Both the position numbers and the translations under genes were made by a program. This document shows positions 20,638-29,605 of a stretch of 64,000 nt of DNA, piece after piece. Source of the stretch: Alphaproteobacteria bacterium (GTDB lineage Bacteria > Pseudomonadota > Alphaproteobacteria > UBA11222); the NCBI GenBank assembly GCA_023252275.1, contig JAHHGO010000001.1, positions 3,708-67,707 on the forward strand, in the 5' to 3' direction. The notes under the pieces were generated by a model. The model saw only the letters and a program-made list of their open reading frames with translations. It ran no database searches and was not told the origin of the DNA. Each line of letters starts with the position of its first letter. Within the stretch, counting starts at the first letter, position 1.

Positions 20638-21084
20638 ATGCAACAGCCAGATAATCCAGCCTTATGCAGTTTTCTTAACGCGCTGCTGGAAGCGGAACGC
20701 GCGGGCGCGAAAGCGGCCACGGTTTTTCGTCATGAATATGCCGAAGGCCCGGCGGCGGTACTCATAGAACAGGTGCGCCGCGACGAAGCCTGGTGCTGCG
20801 GCATGCTGTCGGGCTGGATATCGAAGCTCGGCGATGCGCCTTCCTCCCGCACGGGTGATTTTCTGGAAAAGGTGCTGGCCAGGCAGGGCCTGGAGGCGCG
20901 GCTGGCTTTTCTCAACCGGGGTCAGGACTGGGTCGTGCGCCAGCTTCAGGCCATGATCCCGCAACTTGATGAAGGCCCACTGCGCGCCGATCTGGCGAAA
21001 ATGCTGGATATGCATGTGCAGAATATAGCGGAATGCGCGGCATTTCTTGAACGCGGAATCGGCGCCGCACCGCCGCCCGGATAG
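20638..21084 (+). CDS. Hypothetical protein, 148 aa (helical; no family recognised)
   Basis: Good codon usage, follows the SEDS gene after 12 nt; no motif I can name with confidence. Confidence 0.35.
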   Translation: MQQPDNPALCSFLNALLEAERAGAKAATVFRHEYAEGPAAVLIEQVRRDEAWCCGMLSGWISKLGDAPSSRTGDFLEKVLARQGLEARLAFLNRGQDWVVRQLQAMIPQLDEGPLRADLAKMLDMHVQNIAECAAFLERGIGAAPPPG

Positions 21085-21146
21085 CAAATGCCGGTTATGA
21101 TGGACAGTCAGCCCCAGCTTTGTTATAGCACCGCTACTTCTATAAC

Positions 21147-21222
<76 letters not shown>

Positions 21223-21226
21223 GCCT

Positions 21227-23509
21227 ATGCACCGGGGGGAGCAGGTGGCGGTAAAATCTCGCGCCTCATTACCAGCCAGGGACCTTTCCGGTCTTATCCC
21301 CTATCTGCGCTGGCTTGCGCCGCTCATTGTGGTGATCGCCTATCTGTTGCTGGTGCTGTTCCAGCCGCCTTTGTTGCAGGGCGCGCGCGCGGCGGTGTTT
21401 GATTTTTATGTTTCGCAACAACCGCGCCCTTATGATCCAAACCTGCCGGTTCGAATTGTCGATATTGATGATGAATCCCTTGTGCGGCTTGGCCAGTGGC
21501 CCTGGCCGCGAACCCGTACGGCGCGGCTGATTAGCGCCTTGCGAGATGCGGGCGCAAAGGTGATTGTCTTTGATGTTGTGTTTGCCGATCCGGACAGGAC
21601 ATCCTTATCGCGCCTGTTGCCCGATCTGGCCGCGGATTTTGCCGCCAGCAATATAAAATTTGACGCCAAGAAAATCGTTAATCCGCCGGATAATGACCTG
21701 ATCCTGGCGAAAACCGTGGCGGATGGCAAAGTAGTTACCGGCTTTGCTTTTCTTGGCGCCAGGAATGAGACTGTTCCGGCCAGCAAATCCACAATATTGA
21801 CTGATGGCGGAGATGCGGGCCAGCATTTGATGCGCTTTTCAGGCGCGCTGAAAACACTGGATATCATTGAAGATGTCGCCGCGGGCAATGGCGCCTTTTC
21901 AGCGGTGCCGGATCCCGATGGCGTCGTGCGGATGATGCCGCTTGCCTATAATTATAAAGGGGCGATTTATCCATCGCTTGCCGTGGAAGCGTTGCGTGTC
22001 TATAGCGGCGCAAGTTCGATCAAGCTGATGGTTTCGCATGCGAATTCCGCCTGGAAGTTTCTGGCGGGCGGCGGCGTTCAGAAAATCCTGATTGGCGATT
22101 ATTCAGTTCCCACCGATGCGCAGGGCCGCATTCGCCTTTACGACAGCGCCAGCAAAGTTTCACGCTATCTTCCGGCGTGGGAAGTGCTGGCGGGTGAAAC
22201 CGATCCGGATGAACTGGCGGGCGCCATCGTTTTTATTGGCGCCAGCGCAATGGGCCTTAGCGATATTCGCGCCACGCCCCTGGATCGCGCCGTGGCCGGT
22301 GTGGAAGTTCACGCGCAGATCGCGGAACAAATTCTGACCGGAAACTATCTGCTGCGGAGCGTCTGGGGGGAAAGGGCGGAGCTTGCATTATTTCTGCTGT
22401 TTTCTGTGATGATCAGCCTGGCAAGCTGGCGCAAGCGGACAGGGCTGGCAAGCATCTATCTGGTTGCCGGCGAGGCGATATTGATTGGCGGCAGCATTGC
22501 GGCCTTCAAATATCAATCCCAGCTGATTGACCCGGTATTGCCCGGAATTGGTCTTCTCGCGGTGCTGGGGATGGTGGTTTCTGTCGGATTTGTGGGGGCT
22601 GTGGCCGAACGCCGGCGGGTGCGCTCGGCGTTTAACCGCTATCTGGCGCCTGCGGCGATTGACCGTCTGGTGAGCAATCCCGGTCAGCTTCGGCTTGGCG
22701 GTGAGATGCGTACGATGACGTTTATGTTTTCCGACATACGCGGCTTCACGAGTATTTCTGAAAGAATGGAGCCGGAAGAACTGACCGGGTTCATCAATAA
22801 TTTTCTGACGCCGATGACCAACGCCATCCTCGCGACCGGCGGCACGATAGATAAATATATGGGTGATTGCATCATGGCGTTCTGGAATGCGCCGCTGGAT
22901 GATCCCGATCACGCCGCGAATGCCTGCCGCGCAGCCCTGCTTATGCTGAAAGCGCTGGATGAATTGAACGCGGAACTAAATGCGATGATGCCGGGGAGCA
23001 GTCTGGCGATAGGTATTGGCATCAATAGCGGGCCATGCTGTGTCGGCAATCTGGGCTCGGAATATCGATTTGATTATTCGGTGCTGGGAAATGATGTCAA
23101 CATCGCCTCGCGCTTGGAAGGGCAATCCAAGGCCTATTCGCTCACGGCGCTTGTGGGCGAAAACGCCCGCGCGCTGGCGCCGCAATTCGCCATGCTGGAA
23201 CTGGACCAGATCATCGTTAAAGGCAAGACCGCGCCTGTTACCGTATGGGGTCTGCTGGGGGATGAAAGTACGCGGGCGTCGCCGGATTTTATGGCGCTGG
23301 CTGAAACCCATTCGCAGATGCTGTCCTGCTACCGTGCCCAGGATTGGGACGCGGCGGCGCGGCTGTGCGGCGGTCTTGGCACGAGTGAAATTGCCACCCG
23401 TTTGGGGCTGGCCGATTTCTATCAGCTTTATGCCGAACGCATCGCCAGCTATGCCGCATCGCCACCCGGCGCGGATTGGGATGGCGTCTATGTGGCGTTA
23501 AGCAAATAA
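21227..23509 (+). CDS. CHASE2 sensor domain - class III adenylate/guanylate cyclase
   Basis: N-terminal TM + CHASE2 periplasmic domain, additional TM block, C-terminal cyclase homology domain (FSDIRGFTS...GDCIMAFWNAP). The ATG at 21227 lies 5 nt after the tRNA; an in-frame GTG at 21245 with GGGGGGAG SD may be the true start. Confidence 0.8.
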   Translation: MHRGEQVAVKSRASLPARDLSGLIPYLRWLAPLIVVIAYLLLVLFQPPLLQGARAAVFDFYVSQQPRPYDPNLPVRIVDIDDESLVRLGQWPWPRTRTARLISALRDAGAKVIVFDVVFADPDRTSLSRLLPDLAADFAASNIKFDAKKIVNPPDNDLILAKTVADGKVVTGFAFLGARNETVPASKSTILTDGGDAGQHLMRFSGALKTLDIIEDVAAGNGAFSAVPDPDGVVRMMPLAYNYKGAIYPSLAVEALRVYSGASSIKLMVSHANSAWKFLAGGGVQKILIGDYSVPTDAQGRIRLYDSASKVSRYLPAWEVLAGETDPDELAGAIVFIGASAMGLSDIRATPLDRAVAGVEVHAQIAEQILTGNYLLRSVWGERAELALFLLFSVMISLASWRKRTGLASIYLVAGEAILIGGSIAAFKYQSQLIDPVLPGIGLLAVLGMVVSVGFVGAVAERRRVRSAFNRYLAPAAIDRLVSNPGQLRLGGEMRTMTFMFSDIRGFTSISERMEPEELTGFINNFLTPMTNAILATGGTIDKYMGDCIMAFWNAPLDDPDHAANACRAALLMLKALDELNAELNAMMPGSSLAIGIGINSGPCCVGNLGSEYRFDYSVLGNDVNIASRLEGQSKAYSLTALVGENARALAPQFAMLELDQIIVKGKTAPVTVWGLLGDESTRASPDFMALAETHSQMLSCYRAQDWDAAARLCGGLGTSEIATRLGLADFYQLYAERIASYAASPPGADWDGVYVALSK

Positions 23510-23517
23510 ACCTGTCT

Positions 23518-25143
23518 TCAGCGCCTGCCCAAAAATCCTCCCAGCGGGTTGCCGCCGCCCGTCAGGCCCGGCAGGCCGGGAATCAGGCTGGGTTTTTGCG
23601 CGGCCGCCGGCTGTCCCGCCTGCGCTGAGCCGCCAGCGGCGGACTGGCAGAATTCATAGGACTGCTTGTCACCCTTCATTTGACACCGCATCAGCAAGGG
23701 CTGAATTTTTTCTGTATTGCCGGTCTGCTGATAAAATCGGATGGCCTCGGGGATAAAGCCTATCGGCGTGTCATAGCGGCGGTTTGCCTCGTCAATGAAG
23801 CTCGCAGCTATTGGAAGGCTGCCGGTTTTTATCGCATTGCTCGCTGCATAGCGATAGCCGGCAATGGGGGGTTGGGGGCCGCGCAATATGGCGTCAATAT
23901 TTGTGGCTGCATCCGGCCGCCCCTGCCGGCTGGCAACTTCGTACATGGTAAGCCTTGGATAGGTATGGTTTGCTGCGGGGCCGCTAATGGCCTGCGTGGC
24001 AAGTTTGGCCGCCTCGTCAAGCTTTCCGGACTCCATCAACTGACGCGCTTTGGAGGCCGAGGTATAACTGGAAAACACCGGCATGCCGCGCTGCTTATCC
24101 CATTGCTGCGCGCCCAGGGGCGGGCGGGGAGAGGTGCGGTAAAATTCCCCCAGATATTGAATGACATCCGCCTTGCGTTCGCTGACCGGCCGGTGATCCT
24201 TGCCTTTATTGCTGCTGGCTACCGCTGTTATCGCGGATGGCGCCAATTTTGCCATCATGCCGCCGACGCTGGCGGCGGAAGGCGCCATCATCGCAGAAGA
24301 AGCCGCGCCCATCATTGACATGGCGTTTGCCTCCATGGAAGCCTTCACAAACTGGTCCTGAACCGCCTCACGCTTGGCGATTTTCTTTTCCCAGTCTTCC
24401 AGCTTCGCCATCATTGTGCCGATGGCCGCCTTGTTATATCCAGCAGTAATAAACAGATCCGCGCCAAGCAGATCGGCTTCGTCTTCCTGGCCGGAAGTCC
24501 AGTTCGGCGCAATGACATTTTCACTCACCGCATAAACGGCCTCGGCAATGTTAAGCGAGGTTTGCCCGTTAATCGGGGGTGCGATGCCGGAAACCTGTTG
24601 AACCGCCGAAAATGCACCCATCGCCATGCCGCCAGCCTTCAGAAGGCCTTGCTGGGATTTCAGAAAGGCGTCGGATTTGTGGTGGTTTTTCAGAATATGC
24701 GCTACTTCGTGGGCAAGCACCGCCGCGATTTCATCTTCGCTTTTCAGATCGCGTAACAACCCCATCGGCAGGAATATGCCCCCATCGGCGGCGGCGGCGG
24801 CGGCAAAATGCTCCTGCGGAATGACATATACTTTAATGGCGCAGCCAGGCAGGGGTGACGCTTTCAACAGCCGGTCTTTTATTCCGTTCAGAAACATATC
24901 CAGCGCCGCATCATTGACAACGCCGTAAGCCACGCCATCAATGCTCTGACGCAGGGCGCTGTCCGAGCCCGAGCCGCCACAGGGTTGCCCTGGCTTGGCT
25001 TTGGTTTTGAAATCCTCAAGCAGCGGCCGTTCCGGCAATTTCCGCTTTTCCTTTTTATCTTCGGCGAATGCGGGCTGTAAAAGCGCCATGCCGATAAGCG
25101 CAATTTGTACGGCCGGTAAAAACCGGCTGAATAGCGCGCGCAT
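23518..25143 (-). CDS. M48-family zinc metallopeptidase with TPR-like C-terminal region (BepA-like)
   Basis: HEVAHILKNHH (HExxH), signal peptide MRALFSRFLPAVQIALIGMALLQPAFA from ATG at 25143, helical-repeat C-terminus. Confidence 0.75.
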   Translation of the reverse strand: MRALFSRFLPAVQIALIGMALLQPAFAEDKKEKRKLPERPLLEDFKTKAKPGQPCGGSGSDSALRQSIDGVAYGVVNDAALDMFLNGIKDRLLKASPLPGCAIKVYVIPQEHFAAAAAADGGIFLPMGLLRDLKSEDEIAAVLAHEVAHILKNHHKSDAFLKSQQGLLKAGGMAMGAFSAVQQVSGIAPPINGQTSLNIAEAVYAVSENVIAPNWTSGQEDEADLLGADLFITAGYNKAAIGTMMAKLEDWEKKIAKREAVQDQFVKASMEANAMSMMGAASSAMMAPSAASVGGMMAKLAPSAITAVASSNKGKDHRPVSERKADVIQYLGEFYRTSPRPPLGAQQWDKQRGMPVFSSYTSASKARQLMESGKLDEAAKLATQAISGPAANHTYPRLTMYEVASRQGRPDAATNIDAILRGPQPPIAGYRYAASNAIKTGSLPIAASFIDEANRRYDTPIGFIPEAIRFYQQTGNTEKIQPLLMRCQMKGDKQSYEFCQSAAGGSAQAGQPAAAQKPSLIPGLPGLTGGGNPLGGFLGRR

Positions 25144-25523
25144 CAGCAGCCATTCCCCAGACCGCGAATACCCATCGGTACGGGCGCGCTGTTCGCCATC
25201 TTTTCTCCGCATGTGCCCGTCGTCAGGCCGCTTTCATTGGTTTCAACCTGAAGCGCGTCCACCCAATATTTCTTGCCGTCAATTTTCACAAGCAGCATGC
25301 CGTTTTCACTAACGGCCTGCACCGGCAGCGGCAACTTAATAGTGGCGGCGTCCAGTTGAGAGGCGGGTTCCGAGGATTGGTCTGTTGCAAACAGATCCAG
25401 ACTGGGAACAGTAACCCCAACAACATCATAATTGGGGCGCTCCACTGCAAATCCGCTTGTCCAGGAAAAAGCTAATATCAATGCCGCGCAAAACGGCAGT
25501 TTCAGTCTTGCTGTCTTATGCAT
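25143..25523 (-). CDS. Secreted hypothetical protein (126 aa) co-transcribed with the M48 peptidase
   Basis: Signal peptide MHKTARLKLPFCAALILAFSWTSGFA; stop overlaps the peptidase ATG (ATGA). Confidence 0.4.
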   Translation of the reverse strand: MHKTARLKLPFCAALILAFSWTSGFAVERPNYDVVGVTVPSLDLFATDQSSEPASQLDAATIKLPLPVQAVSENGMLLVKIDGKKYWVDALQVETNESGLTTGTCGEKMANSAPVPMGIRGLGNGC

Positions 25524-25689
25524 GAGGCCCCCATGAGATTCTATAGAAACTGATGCTTATGTTAGCTGATCTATTATTAAGAATTAAAGTTAATTTGTCA
25601 CAGGATGCGTTGTTAGTTATCCTCTTTCCATCTGAAATTTTATATCCAGGGCAGTTAATCATATTCTTTGCCGTCCGAAGAAGAAAATA

Positions 25690-25980
25690 ATGCAAGACGA
25701 ACAATTATCTGATGAATGTAAATCCTGTTATGTCTATGTGCTGGGCACTTGCGCCGTCAATGGCATAAGGACATATGTCGGCTGGACAACCAATCTGGAA
25801 CGCCGCCTGGCCGAACATAATTCTGGCAAGGGCGCGCGCTCCACGCGCGGGCGGGAATGGCGGCTGCTTTATTCCGAGCGTGCGGAAGATCGCAGCCTGG
25901 CGCAATCCAGGGAATATGCCCTGAAAAAGGACCGCGGCTTTCGCAAAATGCTGGCGCGGCATATTCCGGGTACTGATTGA
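25690..25980 (+). CDS. GIY-YIG nuclease domain protein (stand-alone, UPF0213-like)
   Basis: CYVYVLG...YVGWTTNLERRLAEHN; 96 aa. Confidence 0.75.
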   Translation: MQDEQLSDECKSCYVYVLGTCAVNGIRTYVGWTTNLERRLAEHNSGKGARSTRGREWRLLYSERAEDRSLAQSREYALKKDRGFRKMLARHIPGTD

Positions 25981-25988
25981 GAGCGGTT

Positions 25989-26498
25989 CTAGCCGATTCT
26001 CAAGCGGCTGCCGGGTCCGCACATTCTCAGCACAGTCAGCAGGTCTTCGCGGCGCAGCGCCACGCAGCCCGCGGTGGGCGCAAAGCCGGGCGTGGCCACA
26101 TGCATGAAAATGGCGCTGCCCATGCCGTTGATAACCGGCGCGTCATTGTAACCCAGCACAACAACAATATCATACAGCGGATCGGCGCGGCGCAGGCGTT
26201 CGGCGCTGGCGTTAAGCGGTAATTGCACCTGACAATTATAGTCCGCATGGCCTGGCGCATCACACCAGCCATCGCGCGGGCCAATCGGATTTAACTCAAG
26301 CGCGGTTTCGGGCGCCGGAAGGCGATCGGCGCGATACAGCACCCGGCGCAATTCATATTCCCCTATGGGCGTTGCGCCGTCGCCTTCACGCTTGTCTTTG
26401 CGGATGCCGGTGCGCCCGATGGCGCAGGGAAAGCTGAGCCGGCCTGCGCGCAACAGGCCACGGGACGGGCGGATATGCTGGATTAGGCGGAGTTTCAA
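25989..26498 (-). CDS. L,D-transpeptidase family protein
   Basis: 169 aa; YkuD-like catalytic region with HV...TAGCVAL. Confidence 0.6.
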   Translation of the reverse strand: MKLRLIQHIRPSRGLLRAGRLSFPCAIGRTGIRKDKREGDGATPIGEYELRRVLYRADRLPAPETALELNPIGPRDGWCDAPGHADYNCQVQLPLNASAERLRRADPLYDIVVVLGYNDAPVINGMGSAIFMHVATPGFAPTAGCVALRREDLLTVLRMCGPGSRLRIG

Positions 26499-26504
26499 TC
26501 CCGC

Positions 26505-27101
26505 CTACGCGTCAAAATCACCCGCTAGCGCGGCGCGCGCCTGCGGTGTCAGCTGCGCCAGATGGGCATAGTTTTCATGTTCAAATCCCAGCATCACTTT
26601 CTGCGCCGGATCCCGGAAGGCCTTGATCTGCGCTGGCGTAAACGGGAAATGCAGAAAATGCACGGAGGATGTCTTGCCATCTTCACGGGTGCGGTCCTCG
26701 CCCGGCTCCGGCACGGCCATGATGCGATCATCGCCCACCTGCAGGAATGTAGCGCGTTCGATGAAAGACAGGGTTCGCAAAATCCGTTCGCGGCGGACCG
26801 GGTCTTCGATTTCGAACATCAGGGTGCAGACAAGTTCATTGCCCTGCGGGATCAGCGGATTATAGGCGGCCAGTTCATCTTCGATCTGTGCCTCGCCGCC
26901 TTTTTCGATATACAGCATTTCCTGAATCTGCTGCAGCATGGTGTCGAAATTTTCGAAATAGAATGTCGCCACCGGCCCCACTTCAACCCGGCGGTTCTGC
27001 TTCAGCGCCACCATTTCCGCGCGGCGCTGTTTGCGTATGGCGGCATAGTCCGCTGTGGACAGCAGATCTGACCGGCTGATGGCGCGGCGTTTTGCGGTCA
27101 T
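26505..27101 (-). CDS. DUF3501 family protein
   Basis: 198 aa; conserved partner of rubrerythrin and the CCG-domain Fe-S protein. Confidence 0.6.
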   Translation of the reverse strand: MTAKRRAISRSDLLSTADYAAIRKQRRAEMVALKQNRRVEVGPVATFYFENFDTMLQQIQEMLYIEKGGEAQIEDELAAYNPLIPQGNELVCTLMFEIEDPVRRERILRTLSFIERATFLQVGDDRIMAVPEPGEDRTREDGKTSSVHFLHFPFTPAQIKAFRDPAQKVMLGFEHENYAHLAQLTPQARAALAGDFDA

Positions 27102-28483
27102 GGCGTCAGCCCATAGGCGCGGGCCAGCAATTCAACCGGATGATGCGCCTGTTCGGGAATTTTCGCCTCGCCATCGATGTTTTCCATGCCCTGCAAAATA
27201 TGCTTGGCCGCCAGCGGGCATTCCGAAACAACAAACGCATTGGCCTGCTGGCGCGCGGCGGCGGCCACCGGCTTGCCGACTTTCATGGCGGAGGGGCGGG
27301 TTTTTTTCATGACGCCGAAGGTGCCGCCATGGCCCGAGCAGCGCTCGATCACATCCAGCTTGATCTCTGGAATGAGGCGCAGCAATTCCGCGCCCTTGGC
27401 GCCCATATTCTGGGCGCGCGCATGACAGGCCAGATGCAGGCTGGCGCCGCCTGGCAGGGGCTGCATACCCGGGGCGATGCCCTGTTTTTTGGCGATGTCG
27501 ACAATATATTCGTCAATGTCGAAGGTGGATTTGGACAGGCGCGCAATGGCTTTATCTTCGGGCAGGATCAGCGGCCATTCGAATTTCAGCATCAATCCGC
27601 AACTGGCGGTGAGCGTGATAATGTCATAGCCCTTGTCTGTCCATTTGATCAGTTCGCGCGAAACCTTGCCGGCCTGCTGCGCGACACGGGGCAGATTGCC
27701 CTGTTCCAGAAATGGCATGCCGCAACAGGCGGGATAGACCACTTCGGTTTCGACGCCGTTCTTCGCCAGCACGGCGCGCGCCGCCATGCCGATGCCGGGA
27801 TTATTGTAATTCACAAAACAGGTGGCATAGAGCACCGCCTTGCGGCCAAAAGCGGGCGCGTCTTTGTTGACGGCAGGCGGCGCGGATTTGGCGTTCATCA
27901 CAAAAGTTTTGGAATTGAATTTCGGCAGTTCCGCCTTCGCGTCAATCCCGGTGATTTTTTCCACGATGGGACGGGTCAGTTTGTTGTCCGTGGACGATCC
28001 CCAATTGACCAGCGGCGCCAGCGGGCGCGCCAGGGTTCCGTTGCGGTCCATTTCGGCCAATTGTCCGGGCACAAATTCCGCATTGCCCTGTTTATATTGC
28101 GCGGCGCGATAGCGCAGCATCAGATGCGGAAAATCCAGATTAAATTCATGCGGCGGCACATAGGGGCATTTGGTCATGAAGCACATGTCGCACAGCGTGC
28201 AGGCTTCGACGACAGGCGCAAAGTCCTTACTGTCCACGCTGTCCAGTTCGCCTGTGGGGCTTTCATCCACCAGATCGAACAGGCGCGGAAACGAATCGCA
28301 CAAATTAAAGCAGCGCCGGCAGCCATGACAAATATCGAAAACCCGGTGCAGTTCCGCATCGATCTTTTCCATGTCGTAAAAATCCGGATTGTTCCAGTCC
28401 AGCGCATGACGAATTGGCGCTTCGGTGCTGCCTTCTTTCATGGGATATCCTTTTGCTCGCATGTCTGCGCTCCCTCTCCCCAA
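27098..28483 (-). CDS. (Fe-S)-binding protein with two 4Fe-4S motifs and CCG cysteine-rich domains (heterodisulfide reductase subunit D / GlpC-like)
   Basis: CHGCRRCFNLCDSFP and CTLCDMCFMTKCPYVPP ferredoxin motifs; C-terminal CCG repeats (CCGMPF, SCG). Confidence 0.8.
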   Translation of the reverse strand: MGRGSADMRAKGYPMKEGSTEAPIRHALDWNNPDFYDMEKIDAELHRVFDICHGCRRCFNLCDSFPRLFDLVDESPTGELDSVDSKDFAPVVEACTLCDMCFMTKCPYVPPHEFNLDFPHLMLRYRAAQYKQGNAEFVPGQLAEMDRNGTLARPLAPLVNWGSSTDNKLTRPIVEKITGIDAKAELPKFNSKTFVMNAKSAPPAVNKDAPAFGRKAVLYATCFVNYNNPGIGMAARAVLAKNGVETEVVYPACCGMPFLEQGNLPRVAQQAGKVSRELIKWTDKGYDIITLTASCGLMLKFEWPLILPEDKAIARLSKSTFDIDEYIVDIAKKQGIAPGMQPLPGGASLHLACHARAQNMGAKGAELLRLIPEIKLDVIERCSGHGGTFGVMKKTRPSAMKVGKPVAAAARQQANAFVVSECPLAAKHILQGMENIDGEAKIPEQAHHPVELLARAYGLTP

Positions 28484-28497
28484 TCAATGGGGAGAGG
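28473..28497. repeat. Intercistronic hairpin ccctctcccc-aatcaat-ggggagagg between rubrerythrin and the Fe-S gene
   Basis: Perfect 9-bp stem, 7-nt loop, CT/GA-armed; same arm composition as the hairpins at 42832 and 42875. Confidence 0.5.
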
Positions 28498-28523
28498 CCG
28501 CCAGCAGTGGCGTTAATCGCGGC

Positions 28524-28946
28524 TTAGCTGTCGAGTGTGGTCAGCGCCTTGGTGAAACGTCCGGCATGGGACTTTTCGGCTTTGGCAAGAGTTTCGAACC
28601 AGTCGGCGATTTCGGCAAAGCCTTCTTCGCGGGCGGTGCGGGCCATGCCGGGATACATGTCGGTATATTCATGGGTTTCACCGGCGACGGACGCCTTCAG
28701 ATTATTGCTGGTGGAGCCGATGGGCAGGCCGGTGGCCGGATCGCCAACATTTTCCATGAATTCCAGATGGCCGTGCGCATGGCCGGTTTCGCCTTCGGCG
28801 GTGGAGCGGAATACCGCCGCCACGTCATTATAGCCTTCCACGTCGGCCTTTTGCGCGAAGTACAGATAGCGGCGGTTGGCCTGGCTTTCGCCGGCAAAAG
28901 CCGCTTTCAGATTGTCGAGGGTTTTGCTTTTTCCCAGTGTTGCCAT
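28524..28946 (-). CDS. Rubrerythrin family protein
   Basis: [27 protein letters not shown]...; di-iron ligands (E..H, E..E..H); AAGGAGA SD before ATG at 28946. Confidence 0.8.
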   Translation of the reverse strand: MATLGKSKTLDNLKAAFAGESQANRRYLYFAQKADVEGYNDVAAVFRSTAEGETGHAHGHLEFMENVGDPATGLPIGSTSNNLKASVAGETHEYTDMYPGMARTAREEGFAEIADWFETLAKAEKSHAGRFTKALTTLDS

Positions 28947-29065
28947 TGTCGTTCTCCTTGGCTTGGATGATGCCCATTTGGGCTGATAGATTTGAAATGA
29001 AGCTGTTTGGGACCGTTCCCGTTTACCATACAGACTATATAGCGCGCAGAATACCGGCGTCAACA

Positions 29066-29098
29066 GTTTAGAATGGTTTTAATTTGTGAAATTATCGT
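29066..29098. promoter_or_regulatory. AT-rich operator-like sequence in the regulator-rubrerythrin intergenic region
   Basis: gtttagaatggttttaatttgtgaaattatcg contains a TTTAGAA half-site resembling the Irr iron-control-element consensus TTTAGAA-N3-TTCTAAA. Confidence 0.3.
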
Positions 29099-29117
29099 GA
29101 CGGGCCAGCCCGCCAGC

Positions 29118-29546
29118 CTATTCCTGTCCGGACAGCCGGATGATCACATCGACGCGGGAAATCCTGGCCCCGTCAGGCGCTTTGGGAAGGCCGCGAATGT
29201 CCACATTGGCGCCATCAATATCAATTAACTCGCCGCTATCTTCAAAAAAGAAATGATGGTGGCCGGTGATATTCGTGTCGAAATAGGTGCAGGCTGAATT
29301 CACCACCACTTCGCGCAGCAATCCTGCCGTGGTGAACTGATGCAGGGTGTTGTACACCGTCGCCAGCGACACTTTCACGCCCGCCGCCTGCGCTTGCTCA
29401 AACAGAATTTCAGCCGTGACATGATGATCGCCTGGCTCAAACAGCAGCTTGGCCAAGGCCAGCCGCTGCTTTGTCGGGCGCAATTTCGCGTCTCGCAGCC
29501 GCGCCAGCGCGGCCAATCTGTGCGGGGGGGTTGATTGGGTCTCCAT
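29118..29546 (-). CDS. Fur-family transcriptional regulator lacking structural Cys pairs (Irr/PerR-like)
   Basis: 142 aa, winged-helix N-terminus, GHHHFFFE motif, no CxxC pairs; immediately upstream of the rubrerythrin operon. Confidence 0.7.
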   Translation of the reverse strand: METQSTPPHRLAALARLRDAKLRPTKQRLALAKLLFEPGDHHVTAEILFEQAQAAGVKVSLATVYNTLHQFTTAGLLREVVVNSACTYFDTNITGHHHFFFEDSGELIDIDGANVDIRGLPKAPDGARISRVDVIIRLSGQE

Positions 29547-29605
29547 TAAGTTTGAATATCAGCATCGGCGGGGCATTTGTCCAGTCTATTATGGTTTTAG
29601 TCTAA

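Noticed and set aside
25516-25704. 62-aa minus ORF in the AT-rich region upstream of the GIY-YIG gene
   Set aside because: Lies in a 166-nt AT-rich divergent promoter region; translation is AT-codon noise (N/I/K/S rich) with no start context.
27092-28516. 474-aa + strand ORF antisense to the Fe-S/CCG gene
   Set aside because: The minus frame has two complete 4Fe-4S ferredoxin motifs; plus frame is G/R/A-rich junk.
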